A stretch of 64,000 bases of DNA from Cheilinus undulatus (Eukaryota): contig NC_054879.1 of NCBI RefSeq assembly GCF_018320785.1, positions 26,584,546 through 26,648,545 of the forward strand, written 5' to 3'. Of the stretch, positions 50,701 to 62,029 are shown one piece after another. Below the pieces are notes generated by a model. The model was given only the letters and a program-made list of their open reading frames with translations, did no database searches and was not told the DNA's origin. The first letter of the stretch is position 1. Every line of letters starts with the position of its first letter. A program made the position numbers and the translations under genes.

Positions 50701-53700
50701 CTGGTGGGCTGGTCCAGACACAGGGGGACACCTTGCATGGCATGGCAGCTCAGAGGATACCTGGAGAAATGGGGCGTAGACCTGGAAGACAGCCATCAGG
50801 AAGAGCAGTACGGGACCGGGGTTGACACAGCGAAGTGCAGAACTGGCATATGCTCTCATACCTGACCTGATATGATCCTTCCACTCAGTTTATTATGGAT
50901 CAATCTTCTGCAGAGATGGAGAAGCTATCAAATAAAGGCAAAATGCCCAAAAATAATCCTTTGATTATGTTATGATTTCAGACATGAAAGCATAATTTTA
51001 AACCTTTACTTTTTAAAGGGAAAACAGTATTTTAGGTGTTCTTTAGCATTTAAATAGGAAAAAAAGGAGTTAGTAAATGTAGCAAAGTCTCCTGACTGAA
51101 TCATTTAGGGTAGGTCAACTGGATCAGTTTTAGACCCAGGCTCATAAGATCCACTTATAATGCTATATCTGCTCAAAACTAAAATAAGTCTTATTTTGCA
51201 TGCACACAGTTCATTCTGTTCCTTTGTATTATTTCAGACCTAGTCTCAGCTCATCATGCATCTGTGGAGCTCTCCACCATCAAAGCCAATCTGACTGTGC
51301 AACTTCAGGTCAAAGATCAGCAGCTGTCCACACTGACTGAACAGAGGGACCTTCTGAATGTCAGCCTCACCAACATTAGGAAAAACCTAATGAGTTTGTC
51401 CAAACAGAGTAAGTCTTCTGCTGGTCTGCAAACATATAAAAAATTTTATATTGTGAGAAAGTTCATTTTTCCTGTGATTTGATTCAAGAAGTGAAATGTT
51501 GATGATTACAGCTCACTAAAATCAAAATCCAAAATTGAAATATTGGAATATAACAAAGCATACAACGAAACAGGATTTTTTATGCAGAAATGTTGACCTT
51601 CTAGAAAATCATGCTCATTTAAGCACTAAGTAGTTGTTGTTCCTTTTAATAAATTATTGGATCTATATGCGACATGCACAGAGCCATTCAGTCCGTGGCA
51701 CTGCTTGGGTGTTATGAAGCCCAGGTTGCTTTGATAGCAGCCTTCAGCTCATCTGTATTGTTGAGTCTGGTGTCTCTCATCTTCATCTTGATATTTCCTC
51801 AGAGATTCTCTATGGGGTTCAGGTCAGACCAGTCGGCTGGCTAATCATCACAGTAACACCATGTCTGGTTATTCAGTCAGGACCACTTTGTCAAGAAACA
51901 CTCAAGATTTGTGGCTATAAATATTTCTTTATAAGCATTTAAGTTTTTTTTACGTCTGCCTACTCCTTTTTGAACATGTAAATGTGTGACAAATGCAAGA
52001 TATTATCAACAGTCTATCTATTGGGGTTTTTTGGGTTAACTTTTTCCTTTTTTTTTTTTTCTGCAAACGCATGGGTGACTGTATTTGTTATGGTGACAAT
52101 CTCGGATTTTTTTTTTAAATACTTTTTTCAATTATTATTATTATTTTCACTTCTATACATGTTCAAAATAAATAAAGATGAAAAACGAAAAATGAAACGA
52201 AAATTTATTAGCATTCATTGCTGTTATTTATATTTGGTGGTGTTCTGGGATCCCCCCGCCCTTCTACGATGCTTGGAAAGCATTAAGCAGGAGCAGCACA
52301 TGTTCCTGCTCTTCTTATGCTGATAAGCACATTATTATTTCTTGATTAATATGTCAAATTATAGTTTTTTACTTGCATTCCTGAACAGAAAAATTAGTTT
52401 TAGTGGTTGAATGTTATGCTTGATTAATTTCTGGCTTCTCGGAGAAGCCCAGTGAGCCGGCTCAAATTTGGGTATAAAAAGGTAAATTCATTTTGAAATT
52501 CCTCATTCCTGTTCAAAATGGTAAAACATGGAGAGCTCACTGAAAATGAAAGAGTCCGCATTAAAGCACTTCATGATGCTGGATGGTCTCTAAGACAAAT
52601 ATGACAGGTGGTCTAATAAATTTGTTAAGCGCTGTATGTAAGGTACATCAAAAGATGTTACTACACTGAGAGATAAGTTATATCAATATGCCTTTTTTAC
52701 ATCTGAATTTGTTTGGTTGGTGAACAAATATTAAAATAAGATGGCTATGGTAAGTGTTATCAGCAGCCACGAGTAGCTAACTCTTATCACAGTCAACTTA
52801 AATTTTTAACTTATCACACATTATCAACTCAATGCATGACAAAAATATGTTAAAGAGCTGATTGAAAGTTTATTTTAAATAGAAATATTTACAAAAGGCA
52901 TCTGTCCTTTCTTTTCTTATTCACAAATTGTCATAGTACGGTACTTAGAAGTATATTTAAAAGTAAAAAAAAAACAATGCTGTGTACACTAAACATTGAA
53001 AATGGTAGTGGTTGGAATAAGAACACTTGTAAGTTGTCTTGTGAAAATTTTCTGAGAATAACTGTGTATTCTGTGCCATAAAATCGATCTGATCTGTTGC
53101 TACTATGAGTTGGATTTTTAACTGTTGCCCTGACAAGAAGTAACTTTTAATGGCACTTTCTGAAGGGATATTTTGACATCAGTAATCTCAAGACTTTGTC
53201 GAATATGTACAGAATTAAACAACAGAAAAATACATTTGAAATATTTGTCTTTTCTTTGCAGAGAGTCATAAGGTGGTGGCACCCTAGTGCCCCCTATTGA
53301 CCAGCCGTCCCTAATCATCAGTCAGAAGCTTAACATGAGTAGTGCAACAGGTCGTTGAATACTGCAGCAGTAAACTTAGCAAAACAGACTCTGTCTGAGC
53401 GCCACAGAGTCCATTGTTGGAACCAGAAACCAAGGTTATAGACCCAGTTACATGTACCCTGTTTTCTGACAGCAGGCAGAGCAGAGACTCACACTCGCTC
53501 AGTGTTTTAAATATGGATGTACTTAAAGAAGACGAGACATAGTTTGACTTTACTGAAGCAGCTCTTTATATTTCAGTCTGTTGTAAACAGTGTTTAGGTA
53601 GTTTCAAAATAATCTAAAGGTTTTTTATTATTATTATTGTAATTGTACCATTGAGTGCATAGTGTAGTAAAATAAAGATCTGGACTATTAAAATAAAAGG

Positions 53701-55466
53701 TTTGATGTGAAGACCATTAAAATGTACAGTTTGAGTCAAAGTTAGACAAGACAAACTGTGCAAGCACTATTCAGTCCAAGAGTAGTTAGTTTAAAGGAGA
53801 CATATTATACCCTTTTAAGACAAGCTTAAATTGGTCTAAGAGGTCCCCAAAACATGTCTGTGAAGTTTGTTGCTGAAAGAAACACCCCATTATAGGATTT
53901 TTGTACATTTAAACCCCCCTCTATTACAGCCCTTCTCAGAACGAGCCGTTTCTGTGTCTGTGGCTTTAAATGGTAATTAGCTCCGCCCCTGACCACACCC
54001 CTTTCAGGATATGGATGCAGTACTCCTGGGACTACAGATACTTTTATCCAAAGGTTAAAACTTGACCATCAACCTCCCAGACTGTAGTCAGCAGGATAAC
54101 CCATTGAGCTATCCAGTATCTCAACTGGTAGTTGAGAGGACCACTAGAGGAGGGCAGAACTTTCCTCCAATGGGGGGAGGGCCAACCAAACCTGGAGGCG
54201 GGTGCTTACACTCCTGGTGACCTCACCAGGAGTAAAATCTGAGAACAGCTTGTTTGAGCACACATTTTCTGAAAGGTGGAGAAAGAGAGGGGGAGAGGGA
54301 ATGGATTTTTCTGGTATTTGAGGGGATTGTGGACAGACCAGGGGCACATATTTGTGTTAGAAAAGCCTGAAAAAGTGATTTTTGCATATGTCTCCCATGT
54401 ATTTTTTTTCCTAAATTTAAAAAAGTGTAAAATCTTGTATCGTCTCTTCTCGTCTCGTGAGATAAGAATCTTGTCACACCCCTAAGTTTTACACACATTT
54501 TCAAATTCAAATGTACGTCGCTTTGGAGAAAAGCGTCTGCTAAATGACATTGTAATAATTTGTAATTGTAATTTTCCTCATTTGCCATTGTTTCTGTGTC
54601 CAATCTGCTCTCTTATGCTGTTTTTTCATCATATTTTACAGTGAAAACTTGTCCTGCAGGATGGAAGATGTTCCAGTGTTCCTGTTATTTCTTCTCAACA
54701 CATAAAAACACTTGGAATGAATGCAGGAAAGACTGCCAAGACAAAGACGCAGATCTTGTCATCATCAACAGTCCTGAGGAAGAGGTAATGTGTACTTTGT
54801 GGAGTCTTTGTGGAGCAAATCTGTTCAGGCCTAGATCTCCCAAGCAATACTTTCCAGCTCCTCCTGGGAGATTTCACATCGCTTGTCTGCTATTAGAAAT
54901 TATTGATAATTTTATTTAAGAGAAGTATTCTTAGAGTACATTATGTATAATAGAGTTAAAACACAAATATAAATGAAGGATCTCCACCTTCAACAGGAAT
55001 TCCTCACTAACAACATTAAGGGAAGTACTTGGATTGGTCTCAGTGACCAAGAGAAGGAAGGCACCTGGAAATGGACGGATGGCACCCAGCTGACTATGGC
55101 GTAAGGCACACACTGATATAAACATTTATATTTTCCTTTTTTAAAGCCTGCTAAAATAAATCAGTCCCAAATGAAAGCAAATTTTCAATTTAAAATACAG
55201 TGTGCATGGAAAGAAAAATCTTGTCCCCATTTTTATTTTGTATTTCGTTATTTCTAAACCTCTCTCTTTGAGCAGAAGTCATACATCCTGTCAAGTCACA
55301 CTTGTTAACCTCTTGCAGGTACTGGTGGAGAGGGCAGCCTGATAATGGTGGAGGAAATCCCCAATATGGTGAAGAAGACTGTTGTCATTTTGCTACATAC
55401 AAAAAAGAGGCAAAATGGAATGATCTGAGATGTGATACGCCTCTGCTGTGGGTTTGTGAAAAATAA
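47755..55466 (+). CDS. Type II TM C-type lectin receptor, copy 5, apparently intact (251 aa)
   Basis: Exons: 47755-47842 (MASFHKTEEIYVNAEDIKPVDIRPPTIQT), 47933-48034 (TM), 51238-51408 (neck, 171 nt), 54642-54784 (MKTCPAGWKMFQCSCYFFSTHKNTWNECRKDCQDKDADLVIINSPEEE), 54997-55100 (EFLTNNIKGSTWIGLSDQEKEGTWKWTDGTQLTMA), 55319-55466 (YWWRGQPDNGGGNPQYGEEDCCHFATYKKEAKWNDLRCDTPLLWVCEK, TAA 55464-55466). Total 756 nt, divisible by 3. Confidence 0.65.
48300..48775 (-). mobile_element. Tc1-like element end (ITR), orthologous to the copy 4 intron insertion
   Basis: ...ggaagggggcaaatactttttcacagcactgta is a Tc1 ITR terminus. The flanks are homologous to 37840-38210. Confidence 0.45.
49250..50060 (+). repeat. 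Degenerate tandem array (unit about 20-40 bp, TTTTGCCACTTTTAACCCAT-like), T-rich on the + strand
   Basis: It has hundreds of bp of ttttgcca / ttttaaccca / ttttcacc periodicity. The ORFs listed here come from low-complexity sequence. Confidence 0.8.
50064..50600 (+). mobile_element. LINE RT fragment
   Basis: The ORF GFVDDAVIPVETVDVLVRALNLLSEEAEMLGMHVSLVKTKIQALG matches RT motifs C to E, followed by the thumb region. Confidence 0.5.
52440..52620 (+). mobile_element. Tc1/mariner transposase N-terminal (HTH) fragment
   Basis: Reads MVKHGELTENERVRIKALHDAGWSLRQI. Confidence 0.35.
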
Positions 55467-58400
55467 TTTAAAAAATCATTGAGCACTGAATAATACAGCA
55501 TAATTTCTACAGTGGGTTATTCATAAGCAAGAGTTACAGCAATTCTAAAATTAAGTACTGTACAAAATTTGAGGATATTGTGCCATGTATACATCGTACC
55601 CTGTTTTCTGACTGTTGCACACTACCTGTGCAGGTGTGACTTAAACTTTTCATTTTACTTTTGAAACTTTGAAATATATAGAATCTGGTTTGCTTTGGTC
55701 CAGATAGAGTGAGTGACAACCAGGCTGCTGCACCTGCAATGGGTCAGTTTGTGAATCAGTGTGACATGGCTGCAGTGTCTAAACACATCGACTAAAACTA
55801 TGGCTGAAATGTCCAACAGCCTTTTTTTCCATGAGCATAACAAGACTAAGACTAGCCAAAAATAGATCTGTAATGACTAAAACTGACTAAACAGAAGTTT
55901 AGTTTTCATCAAGATGACTAAAACTAGACTGAAATATAATTTAGTCTTTGTCGGGCATTCAAAATCCATAAAATCTGTAAAAAAAAACAAAAAAAAAACA
56001 ATGCATCTTTACCCCTTCTGCCCCCTAGCTGTTGAAAGCAGGGACCCCAGATTTGGCAGAGTGCAAAGGTCAATCCAATGTCTACCTCTTAGCCCTTCCC
56101 CTTGGTTTTGCTTGTTCACGTTAGGTGAAGGAGTATCCTAATTCTCTTTTGATCAAGTGCTCGGGCTAAGGCCAGGGCTACATAGCCCTCGAAACTAAGA
56201 TTTTTCAGGACCACACTTGAAACCAAGGGGTATGAAAAATTAGATTGTTCGATGAGGCTGCAGCTGTAGCTCAGCTTTATTGTGCCATATCTCAATAGTG
56301 ACGATGGCATTTAATAGTGTTGAGTCCAAAATAATTAATAGTGGTCCCCTTTTCTCAGATTTAACAAACTCCCAAGGTTTGTGTTGTGAAGTTAACATGA
56401 CAGACACCTGCACAGATATGATATAGCGATTAGAAACTGGGATACTAGCAGCTGATTTTTCACTTTTACAGGGACATGGAAATGTTTTCTTGTAAATACA
56501 GGTTTATGAGATTTGAAGATCTTTGCATTCTATGTTTATTTACATTTTAACAGCGCTCCAACTTTTTCAGAATTGGTGTTGTATTTTTTGCTATGTTGCT
56601 GCCAACATGTACAAAACAACAAATATGTATTTTAGTCATAAACATGATCATGAGCTACTTCATTTGTCTGATGATGACAAATTCAATAAACCAAATGCCA
56701 CCCACATGCAACATAATACTCAATAAAGGCATTTCATTCTTAAATTTTGTTTGACTGGAGTAATTGTCCTTTAGTGTGGAAGGAAGCCTCTAGTATATGA
56801 CAATGCTTTAAGATTTATAAATGAATTTGTAGAATAAGACACCTTAGAGGTTAAAGCAAGAGTAGGTAATTTTTTTAGCAGAAACCACTACTTTTTAAAT
56901 ATTCCATTTTGATCAAATGTCTGTACAACCATAAACAGCTCTTGGTAAGAGGAGTAAAATGAGACTATAGCCAGATCTCTGTGTTTCCATATGCCTCTGA
57001 AATCAGCAGCCAAAAATCCTCCACTGCTCCAGGTATCACCAACCAATCAGCTCCACCTCTGACTTCATCACAATGATTGGTTGAGGGGCAGGGCTTACTC
57101 CCTCGCCCTGATTTGTTGAGTAGCTTAACACTTCGTGAGCGTGCTGGAGCAGTAGACCAGGACAATGGCTGCCACTGGCTGACAGAGGTAACTGACAGAA
57201 AAGAGACAAGATTCTACTTCTTTCTTTTACCCAAACAGCCATCTAGCATACCAGAAAGAACACAATTAAAATGCAGAAAACACTCTGAGGGAGGACTGTG
57301 CATAAAATAAAACAAGGGTAAACATAACGCACCATATGACCGGTGGAGGACACTTCTAGATCTGAATAGTTTCAATCCGATGCGTTGCTGATTCCGTCTC
57401 TCCTAGGCAGATAGCTGGCTTTTTTCTTTCTCTTGCTTTGTTGTTTCTCTTTGTTGTCAATTTGTATAAATGTCACCTGCTGTATGCTGTAGCTTTGCTG
57501 AGGCCTGCTAGCCCGTGGCATTGCGTAGCCTTGTTGACCAGTGAAATGTGAGGCCTGCTGTGGGTTTATTACTCCAAGTTAGGAGGATTTATTGCCAGGG
57601 GAAATCTAGACCATGATTTCTTAGAAAAGGCAACATTCTCCTGCTCATATCCTGTACTTACCTTGGTAGCTTGCTTAGCTTGGATGTGGTTTTAAAATAA
57701 ATAGGTCGAGAAAAATATTACTTTTATTAGAAAGGTAAGTCGGTTTCAGTTCTCTGCCTTTATCCTAATTTTAAAGTACCATCATGTTGTGATATAGAAT
57801 AACTGACAGGGAATTTACTGATTTTATTGGGTTAGAGAACCTATTTAAATTGACATAAATGATTCCATTGTTGTCATCATAGCATGCGTTAACTGGAGGT
57901 TAAGTTTTATAGAAAATGTGTACATAGGTTCTACTCTCATCTTTTATGCAGCATTGCATTCGGTGATATATTATGCAAAGTGACAATGATCTGTGACGTA
58001 ACAGAGGAGGACAATTATTTTTACAAATTTATTTGAAGAGTGGTTTGGAACAAATAAATTGAACATCTATTTATGTTTAAATTTTACTGCACATCTATCG
58101 GTAGATTAAAAGTGTAAGAAATCCACATCAAGTGAACAAAAAAAGTATAACAAATGTTGAAATTGCACATGGTAAAACTACGCTCTGCATATAAAGTACA
58201 TTCAAGTGTAATGCTAAAGTTTAAAACAGAAGTAAGAAAAACATCCATAAGTAAATATACAGTAGAGAAGAAAATATATTCATTTAACATATTGGGAGGG
58301 GCTGTGTTGATGCTCAAAATCTCTCACAGACTGATGTTTGCCAAAAGTTACCAACTGCAGCTTAAATTAAAAACTGATTTAAAATGACTTTTTTAATCGT

Positions 58401-58884
58401 TTTTAGATGTAAATGTGCACTGTCTGCAGCTGAAAGAGTTCATGAGCTGATGTTGCATTTGGTGTGACCAGTAATATCAACATGTATCAGACAGGATCTG
58501 AGAGAAGACATTCTCACACCTTTAAAGAGGAAGAGGCTGCTGTTTAACATGCTGTCTTAGAGGAAAGCTAAGCTCAAAGATTAGACCAAAAGACAAGCCA
58601 CAGTTGCACTTATCCATTAAAATGTGTCGATTAAACAAAATGAAGTCAAACTCCTTGGAGACAGGAGTGACAGCAGCCTGAGAAAACTTTCTTACTTACA
58701 AGCAGAGGTCTGACTCTTTTAAGGAGATGCTACAGCAGACAGTGCATGTCCAGAGTTACAAACATTACTTCCATATACTCTCCAGCTATATGGTCAAGAG
58801 CAGCAAACACAGACTTAAGCTGGCCATACACCAAGGTCGCCCAGAAGAGGGGGATTAAAGATGGAGCTGATGAAGTTGGTTAAA

Positions 58885-59750
58885 TAGGGCGGAAATTGCA
58901 AAATTAATTAAAGGGTGATAAAAAGAAGGGGCAAAAAAGGGCTCAAAGTGGCAGAAAACTGGCAAAAATAAAAGAAAATGGGTAAAAAGTTAGTTCAAAT
59001 GGAATAAAATGCAAAAACGAGGAATAAATGCTAATATTGGGCAAAAAGTGGACAGAATGGGTTTGAAAGGGGAAAAAATTAGTTAAAATTAGGAAAAGAA
59101 ATGGCAATAATGAGCCACAGGTGGCAAAAAAAAGTAGCAAAATTAGAAAAATCAAAAGAATAGGTAAACAGTCGCAAAAAGGGCAAAGAAGTGACAAAAT
59201 GGCCAAGAAGTTGCCTAATTTGATAAATATGTTTTTAAAGGGTTAAAATTGGTTTAATAAGGTGAAAAGAAGTGGCAACAATGGGCCACAGGTGAAAAAC
59301 AGTGGCAAAAATAAGAAAAAATTGGTTAAAAGTTGCAAAAAGAATTGGAAAAGTGGGCCGAAGGCAGCAAAATGTGGTTTTGTAGCAAAACAGTTGAAAA
59401 AATCCATGACAAGTTGCAAAAAGAAGTAGCACAGTGAGCAAAAAACAGCAACAGTGGGTTCAAACTGCAAAAGGGGTTGAATCTGGGAGATAATAGACTA
59501 ACAATGTGTGACAAGTGGCATAACAATGAGTTAAAAGTAACAAAAATGACTGATAAGTAGCAAAATGGTTTATACGTTGCCAGAAGAATTGTAAAGTTGG
59601 GCCATGAGTGGCAAAATGCAGTTTAGTGGCAAAACAGAGGAAAATGCATGGAAAGTTGCTAAAAAAAATGGCAAAAGTAGAAAATGGGTTTAAGTGGCAT
59701 AAATGCAGCAAAAATGAGCAATACATGGCAAAAAAAGAGGTTTGATTAAA
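58885..59750 (-). repeat. The same tandem-array family in inverted orientation (TGGCAAAA / GGGTTAAAA units)
   Basis: It is the reverse complement of the array at 49250-50060. Confidence 0.8.
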
Positions 59751-60105
59751 AACAGAAATTTAGATTTTTTTCTGAATTTTTTTTTCACAGGCCCAGTGTG
59801 AACTAATCTCATTCATACACATCCATGCATCACTCATGAAGCAGTGGGAGTAATTTGGGCTTAAGTGTCCAGCCCGAGGAAACATCTTGAGCAGCTCGGG
59901 ATCAAATCCATGACCTTCCAGTAGTGAGACAACAGATTCAACTAAAAATGATCCTTCTGCAGCAAAACCAGTCAGTCAGAGCATGGAAACCATACATCAC
60001 TGCATGCATTTATGGGATTTATTTCTCAGCTGGTAATGGTTGGAGGGAACAGTGCAGTAGACCTGTTAAATGGGCACACAGGGAGTTTGTATAGTTATGC
60101 TGGAT

Positions 60106-62029
60106 TCAAGTGGTTGTTAGGGGCCATCTGGACCAAAAAAGCCAGGGCCAAGTTGTGTTCCTGCTCTGCTCTGGTTCAGTCAAGTAGAAATCTGAGGCTG
60201 AAATTCTCCACCAGATCTCCAAACCTTCATCTTTGTCATAGTTAGTAGCCTCACCGTTAATGTTCAGTCTCAGTTCATGTTCCCTTATCACTCTGAGCAT
60301 GGGCTCACAGATTACCTTTGTTTTTTCTCTTGCTATTGTTGTCAGCTCATCACTTAAATGGCAGCTCACTTGCTCTTTCAGAATATCTTCATAAACCATT
60401 CTGTAATGAGGACACTCCAGTTTGGTAGGGCAATTTTTTCTCCAGGTCCTATGTCTGGTACAGGAAGCACTGATGAATTCTGCAAGGATCCATAATACAA
60501 GGAGAGAACTGATGGCAATGAGGCCGTAGTTCTGAAAAACAACCCAAACCCAAAAGGTTAATTTTAACAGATAAGTACCAAATAATGGATGAAGTACCAA
60601 TGTGTGCTGTCCAGTGTTTGTTTTTGCACTATATATTCATCATCTGCTATAGTTTACAATACTGAGCTACTTAAGATGTAGCACTGGCTGTTTGGTGCAA
60701 GCCTTTACAAATATTTTCCACATTTTGCACACTTAAATGTTGAATGTTTCTTCAATGAAAAGTCAGCAGTTTAACAGCAGCCTTTTCACAAAATGGAGCA
60801 GGGGGGTGCAAAGCTTACCTGTCTATCCTAAAACAGTGAAGCTATGCACGGTGGAGGGTTTCAGCTAAACAGCTGGCTGCTCTATGAGTTGAGGGTGAAA
60901 ACAGGAGAAAAACAGACTAATATCCCCTTAAATAGGGATATTTGGACTCAACAGAGATTGATATTGTTTCCTGGACCACTGACATAGATATGTGGCCTAA
61001 AATCTGGTTTCCTGGCGTCTATGTGAACCTGATTTCAATAATAGAGCCTGAAAGAACTGATGTTTCATCAGTGGTGGATGTGAAACTAACATAATTATGT
61101 CTTATTAAGAAGCTTTAGATCAGTTAAATTGCGACTATCCTGTCCCTGACCTCTCCAGGCAGTTCCTTTGACCACATGGCTTAGTTTTTAGTTTTTGCTC
61201 TGATATGCATTGTCAGCTGTAAGACCTTCTATAGAGAGGTGTGTGCCTTTCTAAATCATGCTGGCAGTGAAGCATAATTTAACACATTTACCTGTCTAAT
61301 TAAGAGAATTCTACAATTTAATTTCAGACCAATTTGTCCCACTGTAAAAATAAAAATAAAGATTGCCCTTTAGCTGACCAAAGCTGACCGTCCCTGCTCA
61401 ATCCACAACAAAAATTAGCTAGTTAACTGTGAGCTTTCTTCGTTTCTCAGAATAAAAGATTTGTCAGAAGCTTCTGAGTTATTTCAGATCTCAAATAACT
61501 TATTCCACTGTTAGTTTTTCTTAGTAGCTTTGCTAACATATTGGAAAAATATATATATACTCACAAGTGATGCCGTCTTATGTCCAGCTGTTATTTGGTT
61601 CTCCAGGTCGGTTAGATTCTTCTTACAAGGAATTCCAGTTTCCAAGTGGTTCAGGTTTGTCAGCAGGCACACGTACCAGTCTCCATCAAAAAGAACTGCA
61701 GCAAACCACACAACACCCAGACTAAGATAGTCCAGGAACAACTGTAAAAGCTTTAAAAAGCAATTGTTGCATCCATGACAACACCAGCGTGAAAAAATCC
61801 TCCTTCGATGGATGGGCTCAGTGGCGTGGACAAACCAGACAAGGATCACAGGAGGAAGAAGAATGTATAAGACTCTATTTTGATGTGAACCTGGGATGCA
61901 TAAGCAAACAAACTGCATGTTGAATGTGTACTCCAGAAGGATGAAGACGATGATCAGCAGGAATGTGCTCACAGCATTTGTGATGACTGCAACAAGTGTG
62001 TGGGGGAAATCATAGGTAAGGTGAGGCAT
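60106..62029 (-). CDS. CALHM/FAM26-family (calcium homeostasis modulator-like) channel gene with two coding exons, about 296 aa
   Basis: Exon 1 is 61565-62029 (minus strand). It starts MPHLTYDFPHTLVAVITN and contains FVCLCIPGSHQNRVLYILLPPVILVWFV and VVWFAAVLFDGDWYVCLL. These align with the CALHM1 segments [29 protein letters not shown] and VVWVAVTLLDGKCFLCAF. The donor is CTT|gtgagt. Exon 2 is 60106-60531, with acceptor tttttcag|AACTACGGC (NYGLIAISSLLVLWILAEFISASCTRHRTW...) and a fourth TM segment. The two-exon structure is typical of CALHM genes. Confidence 0.5.
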
